A stretch of DNA of 64,000 bases, taken from contig OZ218957.1 in the NCBI GenBank assembly GCA_965112735.1, forward strand, positions 1,860,001 to 1,924,000, in the 5' to 3' direction. Below are positions 1 through 25,929 of the stretch, piece by piece. A model generated the notes under the pieces. The model was not told where the DNA came from, made no database searches, and saw nothing but the letters and a program-made list of their open reading frames with translations. A program made the translations under genes and the position numbers. The DNA is from Phaeosaccion multiseriatum (Eukaryota; Protista; Ochrophyta, other classes). Every line of letters starts with the position of its first letter. Position 1 is the stretch's first letter.

Positions 1-67
1 CTTACCTCTCTCCCCAACCCCTGTAATCCCACACAAACAAACAAACCTTCACCCCAATCCCCCCCCC

Positions 68-168
68 CCCCAACCCAACCCAACCCAACCCAACCCAACC
101 CAACCCAACCCAACCCAACTCAACCCAACCCAACCCAACCCAACCCAACCCAACCCAACCTAACCCAA
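68..168. repeat. (CCCAA)n intronic microsatellite
   Basis: About 20 tandem CCCAA units just upstream of the acceptor at 171-172. Confidence 0.95.
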
Positions 169-172
169 ACAG

Positions 173-2494
173 TGGTGGGTTGTCTATCCCTCGGCGTGCT
201 TTGGATGCCGGTAGACCTCCGTCTCTTCGACCTCTTTGTGCCCGCCAAGAGCGCCAGCATGAGGGGCCGCAGCCTGCACAACGACGTCTTTGGGGAGATC
301 GAGGTGGAGACCGTCCTGGTCGTCGCCAAACCAGACGGGCCTTACCAAGGGGAATTGCTTCAAGCAGGGGCCCTCCTTGAAACCCTGGACATTTATGATG
401 AGGTGACGCAGCGTGGCAGGAGTGATAGGGGGCACGGGTATGAGGATGTTTGTTCACGCACAAGCTCCGGCGCGTGCAACCCACAGACGCTGCATGGCTT
501 GTGGGGTTGGGAGAGGGAAACCATTGCAGCACTCTCTCGGGAGCAAATCACTGCCTCGGTTAGTGCCCCGCTACTGCAGCTCTCCACAGGCACCTTCCTG
601 CCGCGAGAGGCGCTGCTAGGGGGCGTTACGCTCTCAGATGGCGATGGCAGTAGCACCAACAGCAGTGATACTGTCAATGGTATCGGCGGCATCACTGCTA
701 TTATCAGTGATATGTCTGGTGTCAGTAGCCTCGGTAATTTAGGTGTTAGTTTTAGCGGCGAAGTGGTCACGGGGGCCCGTGCCATGATGATGGTGTTTCC
801 GCTGGACGAAACGCGGGGTCCGGGCAGATCTGGCGTCAGGGCCTTCGATCAGGACGTGTTCCTGCGAGCCTGTGTGGAGCGGGAGGAGAGTCCTGGGGTG
901 GAGTTGTACTGCATGGGTACAACAACGGTTGAGGTGGGTGGGTGGGTGAGGGAGGGAAGGAAGTACACACACGCACGCACACACACACATACACACACAC
1001 TTACGCTGCTGACACACTTGACACTCATATTCGCAGGTGGAGTCTAAGGCGGCGCTGGAGGAAGACCGAGACATCATGGCGTACTCCATCATCATCCAGG
1101 TACGGTCACAAATGGCAGGGCCGGGTTGGGTGGAGATAGGGTGGAAGGAGAGCCTCCCAGTCCGTACCGTCGACCATTTGAACCCTTTGGCTTGGCTGAC
1201 GACCTTCCTCTGGACCTGCCTCCGCTCCCATCTCTGCCCGCGTGCGTGTGTTTGTGTGTGGCGTGCTTGTGTATTTATGTATATTATATGTGTGCTGCGT
1301 GCGTGTGTGCGTGCGTGTGTTTTGTGTGCGTCCTCCCATCCCATCGAAGGTGGTGTTCATCGCAGTCATCATGGGGGGTGTACACTGGATCCGCAGTCAA
1401 ATGCTGCTGGCGTTGTCCGTGGTGCTCGTGGTGGTCATGTCTCTCGGCGTGGCCTTCGGCATGACAGGGCTGGCAGGAGTGCCTTTCACACAAGTCTCTC
1501 TCTTCAGCTTCTTCATCGTACTCGGGGTCGGGGTGGATGATATGTTCGTAGTTGTGGATTGTTACAAGCGGCTCTTGCCACATGTGCCGAAGCTTAGCGA
1601 GCGAGTGGGACTCACGTTGATGGAGGTGGGCCCGTCCATTCTCTTTACGAGCATAACGGACTGCTTGGCCTTCATCACCGGCAGTTTCATTGACGTACCG
1701 GTGAGAGACAGAGAGAGAGAGAGCGAGAGAGAGAGAGAGAGAGAGAGAGCCGGGTGGGGGGCCAGGGGGAGATAGAGCGACAGAGGGATGAGGGAGGGAG
1801 AGAGGACAGGGCTGTAAGGGCGGAGCGCACCTTCACCCTCACCCACCCAACCGACACGCCCCCCACCTCTTGCCTTGCCTTTGCTGCTCGTGCCTTGCCT
1901 TGCCTCATGGCATTATCCCACCAGGCCATATCCTATTTCTGCATCACGGCGGCCATCGCGGTAATGTCCGTCTTCTTCATCACCGTCACCTTCTTCGTAG
2001 CCCTCCTCTGTCTGGATCAGAAGCGCAGGGAGGGACGGCGTATAGACCTGCTGCCGTGCATCCAGGTGCCCCGAGGGGTGTGTGGGACATTGACGCTGGA
2101 GGAGGAGCAGGCGGAGGAAGAGGCGGCACTGGAGAGAGAGAGGGTAGCGAGAGGGAGGAGAGGGGGGAGGGGGGGGGGGATCATGAGGAGTGGATCTATT
2201 GGTGGTAGCGGTCGGTTGGGGTGGCGGGGAGCAGGAGAGCTTTCGACTCCCGTACGAGGAGGAGGGAAAGGAAGAGGAAAGGGAGGAGCAGGAAAGCGAG
2301 AGAAAGAGTACGGGGCGCAGGTGATGCGTGGGAGAGGAGGAGACTCGCGGGAGGCCCAGGCACAAGCAAAGCCAGGGGATCAGGGGCAGGGCAGCGGGAG
2401 CCACGTCAGTAGCTGGGCATGGCCGAGAAGCAGGGGCAGCGGGAGCACCATCAGCACCGGTAACGGCGGGGGGGTAGGTTCGGGGTGGGGGGGC

Positions 2495-2576
<82 letters not shown>

Positions 2577-5500
2577 CCCCCCCTAGAGCCACATGGAAGC
2601 GCCTCATCACTCGAGCGGCCTCCACGGGCAGGAGCAGTGCAGGCAGCACCACCGACATCGAATACGGACTCAGTCCGAGTAGGCGCAGTAGCAAATGCGG
2701 GGCAGCGGCACTATTAGCGGCGGAGGCAGGAGCAGGAGCAGGAGCAGGAGCAAGGGCAGGGGTCAAGGCGAAGCAGGGAGCTCAAGTGTGGCCGGCGCCC
2801 CTCCTCTCCTCCTCCTCCTCCCCCAACGCCGAAGCCAAAGCCCAGGCCCAAGCAACGGACATGACTGCAACATCTTCTGTAACGGCCGCGGCCCCGACCC
2901 CGCCTCACTGTGTGGTGGATGTGGACGATGCCCTCCCTCCACCCCCGCCCCCTCCACCCCTGGAGCGCATCGCCTCTGTCGGAGACGCGTCGGTGGTCAA
3001 TACGCTCATCAAGTTCGAGGGATTGTTGGGGGCGGTGGCGAGGCGGTTGCCGTCCAGAGGATTTCAGGTGTGGACGGTGGCCATCTTTCTCGCCTTCACC
3101 TGCTTTATGGCCTACTCGGCAACCTTCTTGGAGAAGGTAAGGGTGACCAGGAGAGGGAGAGGGAGAGGGAGAGGGAGAGGGAGAGAAGGGAGGCGTTGGT
3201 GTATGCTTGAGTCCGGGAACGTCTGGGTCCCTTTCGTTCCCTTCGCTCCTTTGTTCGCTCGCTTGTTCGTTCGTTCGTTCGTTTGCTTGTTTTGTTTGCT
3301 CGTTGGGGCCATCTTCTTTCGGGCCCTTTTTGCTCCTTTGGGTCGCAATCGCTTTATTTTTTGTTTATTTTATTTTTTATTTGTTTTGTTATCTTTCCAA
3401 CATTTAACCTCTTTTCTCTCTTTAGGCGCATGCTGGACTTCCAGCACCTCATCCCATCCCCCTCTCACCCGTCCCCCCCTCCCTCCCCTCCCTCCCTTGT
3501 TGCTGCTGCAGGGCCTCGAATCGAAGGATTACTTCGTCAAAGGCAGTTACGCAAGATCTTTCAGCGTGAGCTACACGGAGCTCTTCTCCGGCCAAATGTT
3601 CGGCCATTACTTCTTGGCTGACGTCAGACTCGACGGGCACGACCACACCGTCTTCAGCCTCGGCCCGCTCACCGATGAAACCGAAACTGGATTTGGAACT
3701 GGCCCTGGAACGGATCAAACTGGAGCTCAAGCTGGAACTGCCAGTCATCCAACTGGAACTCAACTGGTGTCCCCACTGTCCGAAGACCCCTTGAGGGCAC
3801 TTGACGCCATTGTTCGGGGCATTGAGGTGCTCACTGAGACAGCAGACCCCTTTTGGTCCGTGTATAACGAGTGGAGGGCGAGCAGCTGGGAGCGGGAGGG
3901 TGGAGAGGGGGGGGAGGAGAGTGGGGAGGGGGAGGGCGGCCGTTTCAGTTACGTTTATCCGGAAGCGGGCAGCAGGGTGGGCTCGTTCAAAGCCTTCCTC
4001 TCGTCTGCCCGGGGGAGCCACTATCGCCATGACGTGGTGTGGGACGAGGAAGATGAGGACTTGATCCGCTTCATTCGCTTCCCGCTACGCCTCATACCCT
4101 TCGACGAGAGCAAGTACGTATCCGTCACTTCAGTCCGTAACCGTCACTTCAGTCCGTAACCGTCACTTCAGTCCATAACCGTCACTTTAGTCGAGGGCGA
4201 GAGACCTCTCTCGCTGTCTTGCCTCCCCTCCGCCTGCGCCCTCCCCCTATCCAATGCATGGCAATTGGATAGAAATGCTTCTTGCTACGCTTCTTGCCAT
4301 GCTACAATCAATCCACCTACAAACAAGCAAACATGTAACCTGACGTCCCCCCCTCCCCCTCTCCTCCCATACAACAGTAACGCCAAAGTGAACGCCATGG
4401 AGGCGGCCTACCGAGTCGGCATCGAGCAACACCTCTACCCCGTGCATATCGAGTGTCAGGACTTCCTCGTTCTAGAGGGCCTCAAGGCTGTTGTCCCCAC
4501 CGCTGTCTCGGCTCTGAGTGTGACTTTGGTGGTCATCATGGTGGCAGCTCTCATCTTCCTACCCACTCCGGTGGCGGCCTGGGTGTTCCTTTGCGTGAGT
4601 CTGTCCCTGGTGGACACCCTTGGGCTCATGGCGCTGTGGGATGAGGCCCTCAACGTCACCACCCTCATCTTCCTCATCCTCTCCATCGGTACGTGTGGAA
4701 ATTGTATCTGTTTTGTACACCAAACGATTGATTTTGATGGCCTGCCTGCACCCTCCTCGCCGGACACCTATTTGCCCGTATGTCCGTATGCCTGTATGCC
4801 TGTATGCCTGTATGCCTGTATGCCTGTACACCCATGCGCACCTTTCAACTATGCCTTTTCTTAATTAAGTATACCCGTATACATGCCTAATGTGAACTGC
4901 CATGTGCCCATGTACCTCTCCACAGGCTTCACCGTGGATTACACGGCGCACATCTCGGAGCCCTCTGCGGAGGCCGACGACGTCGCCAACATCATTCCCA
5001 AGATGCAGGAAACACTCTGCACCGGTAAGTCAGTGAATTACAGTAAGCCAGTTAGCTAGTAAGTCCATCACACAAGCTGTACTCCAACGAACAAACCCAT
5101 CGGCCAACCAACCAACCAATCAACTGACCAACCAACCAATCGACCACTCAACCAACCAACCAACCAACCAACCACTCAACCAACCAACCAACCACTCAAC
5201 CAACCAACCGACCACTCAACCAACCAACCAACCACTCAAACCAACCAACCAACCTACCGACCACTCAACCAACCAACCGACCACTCAACCAACCAACCGA
5301 CCACTCAACCAACCAACCAACCAATCAACCAGCCAACCAACCAACCAACCAATCAACCAGCCAACCAATCAGTCAATCAATCAACCAACCAACCGACCAA
5401 TCAACCAACCGACCAATCAACCAACCGACCAACCAACCACTCAACCAACCGCATGTAGACCGCTCACTCTCTCTCTCTCCTTCTCTCCTTCTTTTCTCTC

Positions 5501-8322
5501 TCCCCCCCCCTCTCTCCCCTCTCCCCTCTCCTCCTCCCTCCGCGCCCTCCCTCCCCCCCGTCAGTGGGCCCGAGTGTGCTGAAGGCCGGCCTGTCCACCT
5601 TCCTCGCCGTGGTGCTGCTGGGCTTCAGCGACTCGTCGGCGTATCGCTCTCTCTTCAAGTACTTCTTCGCCACCGTCGTTTTTGGCCTCTCCCACGCCCT
5701 CCTCTTCCTCCCGGCAGTGGTGTGTCTGTCCACAGTAGCCTGTGGTAATTATCCCAGCTGCGCCTCCCTGTCCTCCGCCAAGATTAGGCGCCACTCCTCC
5801 TCCTCCTCGTCCTCGTCGTCCTCCTCCTCCTCCTCCCACGACGACGACGGCTCCGACGATGCCGGCTCGAAACCGCCGTTGGACTCGAAACCGCCGTTGG
5901 TCTCGAAACCGTCGAATTTGTCGAAATGTTCGTCGTCTTCGTCCTCCTCGACTCGTAAGCCCTCCTCGTGGCTGTGGTGGATGGGGGGCTCGGCGTCCTG
6001 CTGGGGCTCTTTGGCGGCGATGGTGGGCACGGACAAGAGAGCTCGCAGCGGCAGTGGCGATGGCAGTGAGGGTGGTGGTGGCGGTGGCGGTGGCGGCCGT
6101 GCTAGTCCCAGGCGGAGCAGCAACAGCGCGGAGGGCGGCCTTCGTAGGGAGGCGAGTTGGGGTGATGGACGACATGGTGGAGACGGAGGGAAGGAAGGAG
6201 AGGAGAAGGGCTTTGGAAGCGAATACTCGGACGGGAGTGTCGGCAGCGAGCGTGGGCAACGCAGGAGGAGAGGGAAGCAGTTGGGCCTTCACATCTCCAC
6301 GGGGGGGAGGGTGGGGCAAGGGGGCGACAACGACGACGACGACGACGACGACGACGAAGACGGGTGGGGTCCTGCTGGGCTGGACAGCTGCCGAAGCGAC
6401 CACAGCCACGACAGCAACAGCAGCGTGCGCAGCCTAGGAGACAGCATACTGGGAGGAGGGGCCAGCGTTGGCAGCGCGGGAGGCAGCGTTGGTAGTGCTG
6501 CGAGGACATGGGCCGCCGCACTCCTCAACAGCACCACACGTAGCCTGGGCAGCAAGAAGGGAGGTAGCATGGGCGGCCTGGGGGGGCTGAGAGGCAAGAC
6601 GCCCGTGGAGAGGTCCACGCCCGTACGGCGACATGGGTCCTCTTCGCGAGTTGGTGGTTCGGGGTCATCTGTGGGCTCGAGCGGGTCCGTGAGCAGCAGC
6701 GGCAGCAGGGCCGTGAGGGCGGTTGGCGGTGTGACGTGGTCAATTTATCAACAGTACACGACCAAGCCCGGCTCCAGCTCCTACGGAGAAGCGGTGCCAT
6801 GGGGCCCGATGGGAGGAGACGACGACGAGCAACAGCAGCAGCAGCGGCGGCGGCAGCAACCGGGCCAGAGCCAGAGCCAGGTGCAGGGGCAGCAGGCCAC
6901 TGAAGTCGATGGCAGCAGACGCTCGGGAGGAGGAGGAGCTGCGACTGCTGCTCTTGCTGCCGCGGCGGCGGCGGCTGCTGCTGCTGCTGCCGGCAGGGGC
7001 GGTAGTGGCAATGCTCATGGACGTAAGGCCCGACATGGCAGCAAGAGAAGCAGAGGAGACAGGCACCACCGCCACCACCACCACCGCCACCGTCATCACA
7101 ACGGAGGCACCACAGGCGGGGGCCTGGGGAGGAGCCGAAGCGGCAGCTACCACAGCAAGGGCACGAGCTATCAGAGCCGCGCCATCAGCGCCATCAGCGA
7201 CATGCCCAGGAGGGGAAGCAGCAGCAGAGGCGGGGGTGGTGGCGATGGCGGGGCGAGTGCGGCGGGCAGCGGCACCAGCGGTGTTCGTATGGGTTTGTTC
7301 ACGAGCGGCAGCAGCGTGGTGGAGGAGCAGAGCAGCAGCAACGGCTTCACGGCCGCCACGGGGCGGAGTCATGTCAGCATCAGCACTAGTGGTAGCACTG
7401 CCGCCGTCAGCACTGCCGTCACCGGACAGCAACTACGGCAGGGACAGGAGCAGCAGCAAGAGCAAGAACAAAAGCAACAAGAACAACAACAGCAACAACA
7501 ACCACAACAACCACGACAACCACAACCACAACCACAACCACAACCACCACCTCAAGCGAGCTCTCCCAGTCACGGTCTCAACGAGAGTGACTACTGTAGA
7601 GAAGGGCACTTCCCCTCGGAGGAGAGCGTGGGAGGGAACTACCCCAGGGAGGAGAGCATTGGGGAAAGGGCGCCCTGGACTGGCTTTACGGGTGTGCTGG
7701 GAGGGGGAGTGGCAGCTGGTGCGGGGGCAGATGCGGGGGTGGGCATAAGCATGACCAACTCCTCCTCCGTCGGCTTGGCGAATGACAGCCATGTCGATGT
7801 CGGCTCCTCGAACAGTAGGACCAGCCGTAGTTTCTGGAGGACAGCAAACTCCTCCTTCGATGCACATCAGCTAGAGAGCATCCCATATGCGGGAAGCGGC
7901 TTCACCAGCAGCAGCAGCAGGAGGAGCAGCCGCGACAGTGATGACGATGGTGGTGGTGGTGAGGATGGAGGTCTTGGGGTTGGGGACGACAGTAGTATTG
8001 GAAGCAGCAACAGAAGTAGAAGCAGCAGCATTAGCAGCAGCAGCAGCAGCACGGAGGCGGACTACTTGAACCCTCTTCCCCGCCTTGAATCCATTGCGAT
8101 GCCCCCCCACCTTACGGTGAGCAGCATGAGCACCAGTAGCAGCGACGACGGCTCCATTGACAGCAGCTTTTGCAGCAGTGCGGCACTCGAATTGTCCCAT
8201 GTGCAGCAGTTGGCGATACACCAGCAGCAGCTGCGCATGCAGCAGCAGTACCAGCAACAACAGCTGATGATGCACCAGGAGGAGCAGCAGTACCACTACC
8301 ACCACTACCAGCTGCAGCAGCT

Positions 8323-8353
<31 letters not shown>

Positions 8354-8485
8354 GAGGAGGAGGAGGAGGCGCAGGAGGCTCCTACATACGGACGTGGTCG
8401 CCAAGACGCGGTCCAGTCGGCCGGCTGGGGTGGATGGCAGGGCCAGGCACCCGCTATCGATCGAGTTCCGAGCAACACAGAGTGA
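173..8485 (+). CDS. Patched/NPC1-like (RND superfamily) sterol-sensing-domain membrane protein, 5' end outside the window; approximate exons 173-933, 1037-1099, 1350-1700, 1925-3135, 3511-4114, 4378-4688, 4926-5024, 5565-8485
   Basis: Spliced translation gives SSD motifs [26 protein letters not shown] and [16 protein letters not shown], and second-half motifs [31 protein letters not shown] and [21 protein letters not shown] junctions keep the frame. Confidence 0.85.
2495..2575 (+). repeat. (AAC)27 coding microsatellite (poly-Asn) in the Patched-like cytoplasmic loop
   Basis: Perfect AAC run in frame within exon 1925-3135. Confidence 0.9.
4122..4192. repeat. 19-bp intronic minisatellite (CCGTCACTTCAGTCCGTAA) x~4
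   Basis: Direct tandem copies just after the donor at 4115. Confidence 0.9.
5104..5450. repeat. (CCAA)n-derived intronic microsatellite
   Basis: Degenerate CCAA/CCACTCAA array. Confidence 0.9.
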
Positions 8486-8818
8486 CCAGAGTGACGGGAC
8501 GCCAACCGATAAGGATGGCAGCGGATGAGAGACGCACTCCAATGAGCAATGGGTTTCATTTCATGCCGAAGAGGGGATCAAGGATCAATCATGTTACTTT
8601 TAATTTAGTACCAGTATGCAATGGAAAAAGGAGAAGAAGGCTACTTCTTTCAATCCATGGCTCTCCTCATTCTTTCTCCTTCTCTCCATCCCGCCACTGC
8701 CCATGAGCGGGTAGGGAGGGGTAGAGACTTGCCATTGCCCTTGCACAGAGCACAACTCTACGTAGAGCAGCCCCTGACCAGGAAGCTCTCGTATCTCTCG
8801 TCCACACATTGAAAGTCG

Positions 8819-9829
8819 TCAGTCCTGGCAGTCGCAGGGGTGTCCATTTGCGTGTACCCACTGCTTCATCTCCTCAAAGGCGGCAGGGGGCATATCCCAC
8901 TTATCACCAAGACGATTTTTCCAGTACTGCGGGCATACCGAACTGTCCCAGGGGCACATGACCTCCTCCGACCGGAGCCATTTCAGGATAGAGAGGCTCT
9001 TGGCGTACAGAACTGCGTCATAACAGACGTGTTCATCCCACCTGCACAGCTCGCGTGCGTTTGCATGAAACCATTGCATCACTTCCACATTGCCTGCGTA
9101 GGCTGCCAATTTAGCACCACCTCTCCATGCGCTGTAATCCCCTGCCGCCTCCATACAAGCTCTGACCTTGGGGTGTTGGACAAGCGTGTCCAGCAAGTTA
9201 GTGTGCCCCGCCATCACAGCCTCACACAATATTCCAATATGAGGAGGGCCAACGGGACCATCAGACAGCAGCCACTCCACAACCTCCACATTGCCGCACT
9301 TGCCAGCTTCACCACTGACCCCATCTTCAGACCAAGGACACTGCTCCTTCGCAGGGAGGTCCTCGGATCGCAGCCATTTGAGGACACGCAGCCCGTGCCT
9401 GGCATTCCTCACAGCGGATTTGCAGACATGTTCGTCCAAGGGACATTCCAATCTGTGAAGCTCCTCGCACACGCTCAAATCTCCGTACTCTGCGGCAGCC
9501 CTGAAAGTGCTCACACTCAGCTCGTACCCACATTCCTTCTTGGCCCAACGCACACGCTTGACAGAGCCCACCACGCTTTGATGGGAGGTCTCGAGTGAAG
9601 GATACGTCGCGGTATATGCTTCTTGCCACTCCTTGCACACGGTGGCGATGAAGACGTGATGGCCCTTCCCCACAACGTGCATGACTCTCCGCAGGATCTC
9701 CTCCACCCCCAAGGCCTTGGCACTGGCCACGTAGGTCTCCTGGGCCACAGCAGCTTCATCAGCAGTCCCCGCGGCATTGTTATACGCGCTGCTTGCCTGG
9801 CACTGCTTCTCGGAGGTCTCCTCTGCCAT
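8819..9829 (-). CDS. Intronless ankyrin-repeat-like protein with an N-terminal F-box-like segment (paralogue 1), 336 aa
   Basis: ATG at 9829 (MAEETSEK...). N-terminal EEILRRVMHVVGKGHHVFIATVCKEW, repeated CPW/CRWD-x3-C-x2-A-x3-G-x-L-x2-L-x-WL units, C-terminus HANGHPCDCQD. Two paralogues are in the window. Confidence 0.8.
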   Translation of the reverse strand: MAEETSEKQCQASSAYNNAAGTADEAAVAQETYVASAKALGVEEILRRVMHVVGKGHHVFIATVCKEWQEAYTATYPSLETSHQSVVGSVKRVRWAKKECGYELSVSTFRAAAEYGDLSVCEELHRLECPLDEHVCKSAVRNARHGLRVLKWLRSEDLPAKEQCPWSEDGVSGEAGKCGNVEVVEWLLSDGPVGPPHIGILCEAVMAGHTNLLDTLVQHPKVRACMEAAGDYSAWRGGAKLAAYAGNVEVMQWFHANARELCRWDEHVCYDAVLYAKSLSILKWLRSEEVMCPWDSSVCPQYWKNRLGDKWDMPPAAFEEMKQWVHANGHPCDCQD

Positions 9830-10387
9830 CCTCCCGTAGGCAGGGAATCCACTCCCTCGGCCGCTGAACTGACCCTCTCCTAACACCACTCCTACCACCA
9901 CTTCCTCCCCTCCTCTCTCTCCGCGGCGCAACAAATAGCCCAAGGCATGAGGATAGGAAAGAGAGAAGTGGGAGGAAGATGAAAAAGGACGTAGCGGGAT
10001 TAAGGTACCATCCGCACCTCCATGTCGACTCGGACCCACACATCGCTTTGCTATCCATCCGCCATCCTCGATCCGCTCTGTGAGCATGGGAAGAGCGGTG
10101 GAAGAGATCAATAGTTGGGAATAGCAGAAGTGGAAACCACACTTCGTAGTGGAAGGAGAAACGAGAAGGAGAAGGAGGAAGGGGGAGGAAGGGTTATTTT
10201 TAGAGGGGGCAGGATGATCCTTGCTCCTGCCCAGACGGCGCCCAAACCCCTGCACTACCGCGGTAAGGCTGCTGCTGCTGCCTTGGAGGCAGAAGTTGAG
10301 GCCGAGAGACGCGATTCTGCAAGTGGAAGTGGCAGTAGCAGCAGTGGCGGCAGGAGGAGGAGAAGGACGGAGCTCGGCTCTTCGGCA

Positions 10388-23726
<13,339 letters not shown>

Positions 23727-23981
23727 GGACTTGGAGCACGGAGGGAGGCGAATGGAGGAGAGAGCATGGAGGAGAGAGCATGGAGTATAGGAGACAACAC
23801 ACACTTTTTTTTTATGCCTGATGCTTGGATTGATTGATAGGCAGTGAGTGTGCAGAGCTGTGCGCAAGAGAGAAGAGGGTTTTTTTCTGAAATTGATTTG
23901 AATTGTAGTACGGCCCTCAAGTCAAGTCTTGATACACAGAGAACTTTGAAAATGCTTTTCTAAATGAACTAATCTGCCCAG

Positions 23982-25052
23982 TCAGTCCTGGCAGTCGCAG
24001 GGGTGTCCGTTTGCATGCACCCACTGCTTCATCTCCTCAAAGGCGGCAGGGGGCATATCCCACTTATCACCAAGACGATTTTTCACGATCTGTGGGCATG
24101 CGTCACTGTCCCAGGGGCACATGACCTCCTCCGATCGGAGCCATTTCAGCATAGAGAGGCTCTTGCCGAGATAAATTACGCAACGACACACACTTTCATC
24201 CCACCTGCACAGCTCCCGTGCGTTTGCGTGTAGCCATTGCAGCACTTCTGGATTGCCTGCGTGGGCCCCCCATCTAGTCCCGTCCCTCCACTCGCTGTTT
24301 TCCCCTGCCGCCTCCATCCGAGCTCTGACCTTGGGATGTTGCAGCACCCACTCCACTACAGGAAGACGCCCCATAGCAATAGGTGCCATCAAAATCACGT
24401 AATCAAATGGCGCATTCACCTCGTCTGTGAGCATCCACTCCAGCATCTCCAGCTTCCCACGCCCACTTGCTTCCACACACACGTCTTCATTCCACGGGTA
24501 CCTCTCTTTGTTGGGCAGTTCCTCCGTTCGCAGCCATTGGAGGATACTGAGTCCGTGCCTCTCATTCCTCACAGCAGCCTTACACACTCCCTCATCTCTT
24601 GCACACATCATGCCGTGAAGAGCCTTGCACACGTGCACATCGCCATACTCAGCTGCAGTCCAAAACGTCTCCCTACTCAGCTCATACCCGCACTTCCTGG
24701 CCCAGTTCAAGCGCTCCACTGATTCCACCACTGTCCTGAGTCGTGTTGATTTGGCGGGATAGAGATGTCGGTAGTGCCCCTTCCACTCCTTGCTCACCGC
24801 CGCTACGAAGAAGTCGCAACCCTGCCCAGTCCACTCCATGACTGTGCTGAGCAACACGACCTGAGCCAGGGCCTGGCCACAAGCTTCGAAGCTCTCGCTA
24901 TCGCTTCCCTCGTTTGCAGCAAGGGCGGCGGGATGGGGAGCAGGCGCCACAGCGGTACTGGCACCTCCTCCTCCAAGCAAAGCCCCTGAGAAATCGGTGG
25001 GTAGAGCTGGCTGGAGCCGGTTGCCGCCCTGCTTTTTGTCAGGCCCCTCCAT
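23982..25052 (-). CDS. Intronless ankyrin-repeat-like/F-box-like protein (paralogue 2), 356 aa
   Basis: Open ORF homologous to 8819-9829 along its length; identical C-terminal KNRLGDKWDMPPAAFEEMKQWVHANGHPCDCQD. Confidence 0.8.
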   Translation of the reverse strand: MEGPDKKQGGNRLQPALPTDFSGALLGGGGASTAVAPAPHPAALAANEGSDSESFEACGQALAQVVLLSTVMEWTGQGCDFFVAAVSKEWKGHYRHLYPAKSTRLRTVVESVERLNWARKCGYELSRETFWTAAEYGDVHVCKALHGMMCARDEGVCKAAVRNERHGLSILQWLRTEELPNKERYPWNEDVCVEASGRGKLEMLEWMLTDEVNAPFDYVILMAPIAMGRLPVVEWVLQHPKVRARMEAAGENSEWRDGTRWGAHAGNPEVLQWLHANARELCRWDESVCRCVIYLGKSLSMLKWLRSEEVMCPWDSDACPQIVKNRLGDKWDMPPAAFEEMKQWVHANGHPCDCQD

Positions 25053-25282
25053 ATCTTCTGCGGGCCCACTCCGTCTCTGCTCTGCCCTGGAAGCCGCGCC
25101 CGCCTTTGATACTTTCGATGTGCCGCGGGCTGCAGATGATCGGGGGGAAGCTTGGGGGGTTGTTCTCTTCAGTGAAGCCTGGAATGAGGACAGAAGGGAA
25201 GGGGCCGAGGTTCAAAAGGAACACCGACAATGGGAGCGGGGAAGATGGAGGAGAGGCTTTAAAGGGGAAGGTTTATATATTT

Positions 25283-25795
25283 CAGGGGGGGGGGGGGGAA
25301 TTTTGAGGTCGTGTCCCTCTGACTCATCAGTTCTCCCCATGGGAACAAAGTTGATACCAGCCAGGATCCTGTGTCGAACCGATCGTTCGTGTCGGGCCCG
25401 CTGGAGCGCTACGGCTAATCGTCGCCGAATGACGCAAACAGCTCTCGCATAAGCCCTCGTGTCCAGATGTTCGTGCCCCCCAGCCATGTGGGTGGCGAGT
25501 GTTTTCATAAACATCTGAGCAAAAGGACCAAATGCGCCTTGCTGTTCTATTGTGAAAGGGACGAGGTGGTTTCGCGTGGGGTCATAGTGGATGTCCCCAC
25601 CCTGGCCTTCCATGCCTACCTGTGGCACCCCATCCGCTTGGTAGCTTCAGCCTTCTTGGCTGCCGCGAGTGTCTCCTTCGATGCCTTGGCCCGGTTGGTG
25701 GTGTTGGTGGCATCTGTGAGCGTGACGTCGATCATGAGGGACTTGTGGCCGTCGTCATATTCATGATCAGACGGAAGCTCAAAGGTGAGAGGGCA
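25283..25795 (-). mobile_element. 5'-truncated, frameshifted relic of an RLE-type non-LTR retrotransposon (CRE/NeSL-like endonuclease domain)
   Basis: The minus strand reads LMIDVTLTD...LAAAKKAEATKR, then after a frameshift HLVPFTIEQQGAFGPFAQMFMKTLA...IRRRLAVALQR. This matches the DVT / AE..K / P...E..G..G / VALQR pattern of restriction-like endonuclease C-termini. Confidence 0.7.
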
Positions 25796-25929
25796 TGTTG
25801 GTAATTCACTCCCCTCCCGGTGTTTGCCAGCGGTGAGACTCTACTCTAGAGCGGTCGCCTTCCCTGTGCTCCGCTGTTCCTCCTTTCCGCTACTGCTGCT
25901 GCTCCTCGGAGGAGTAGCGTACAGAAGGG

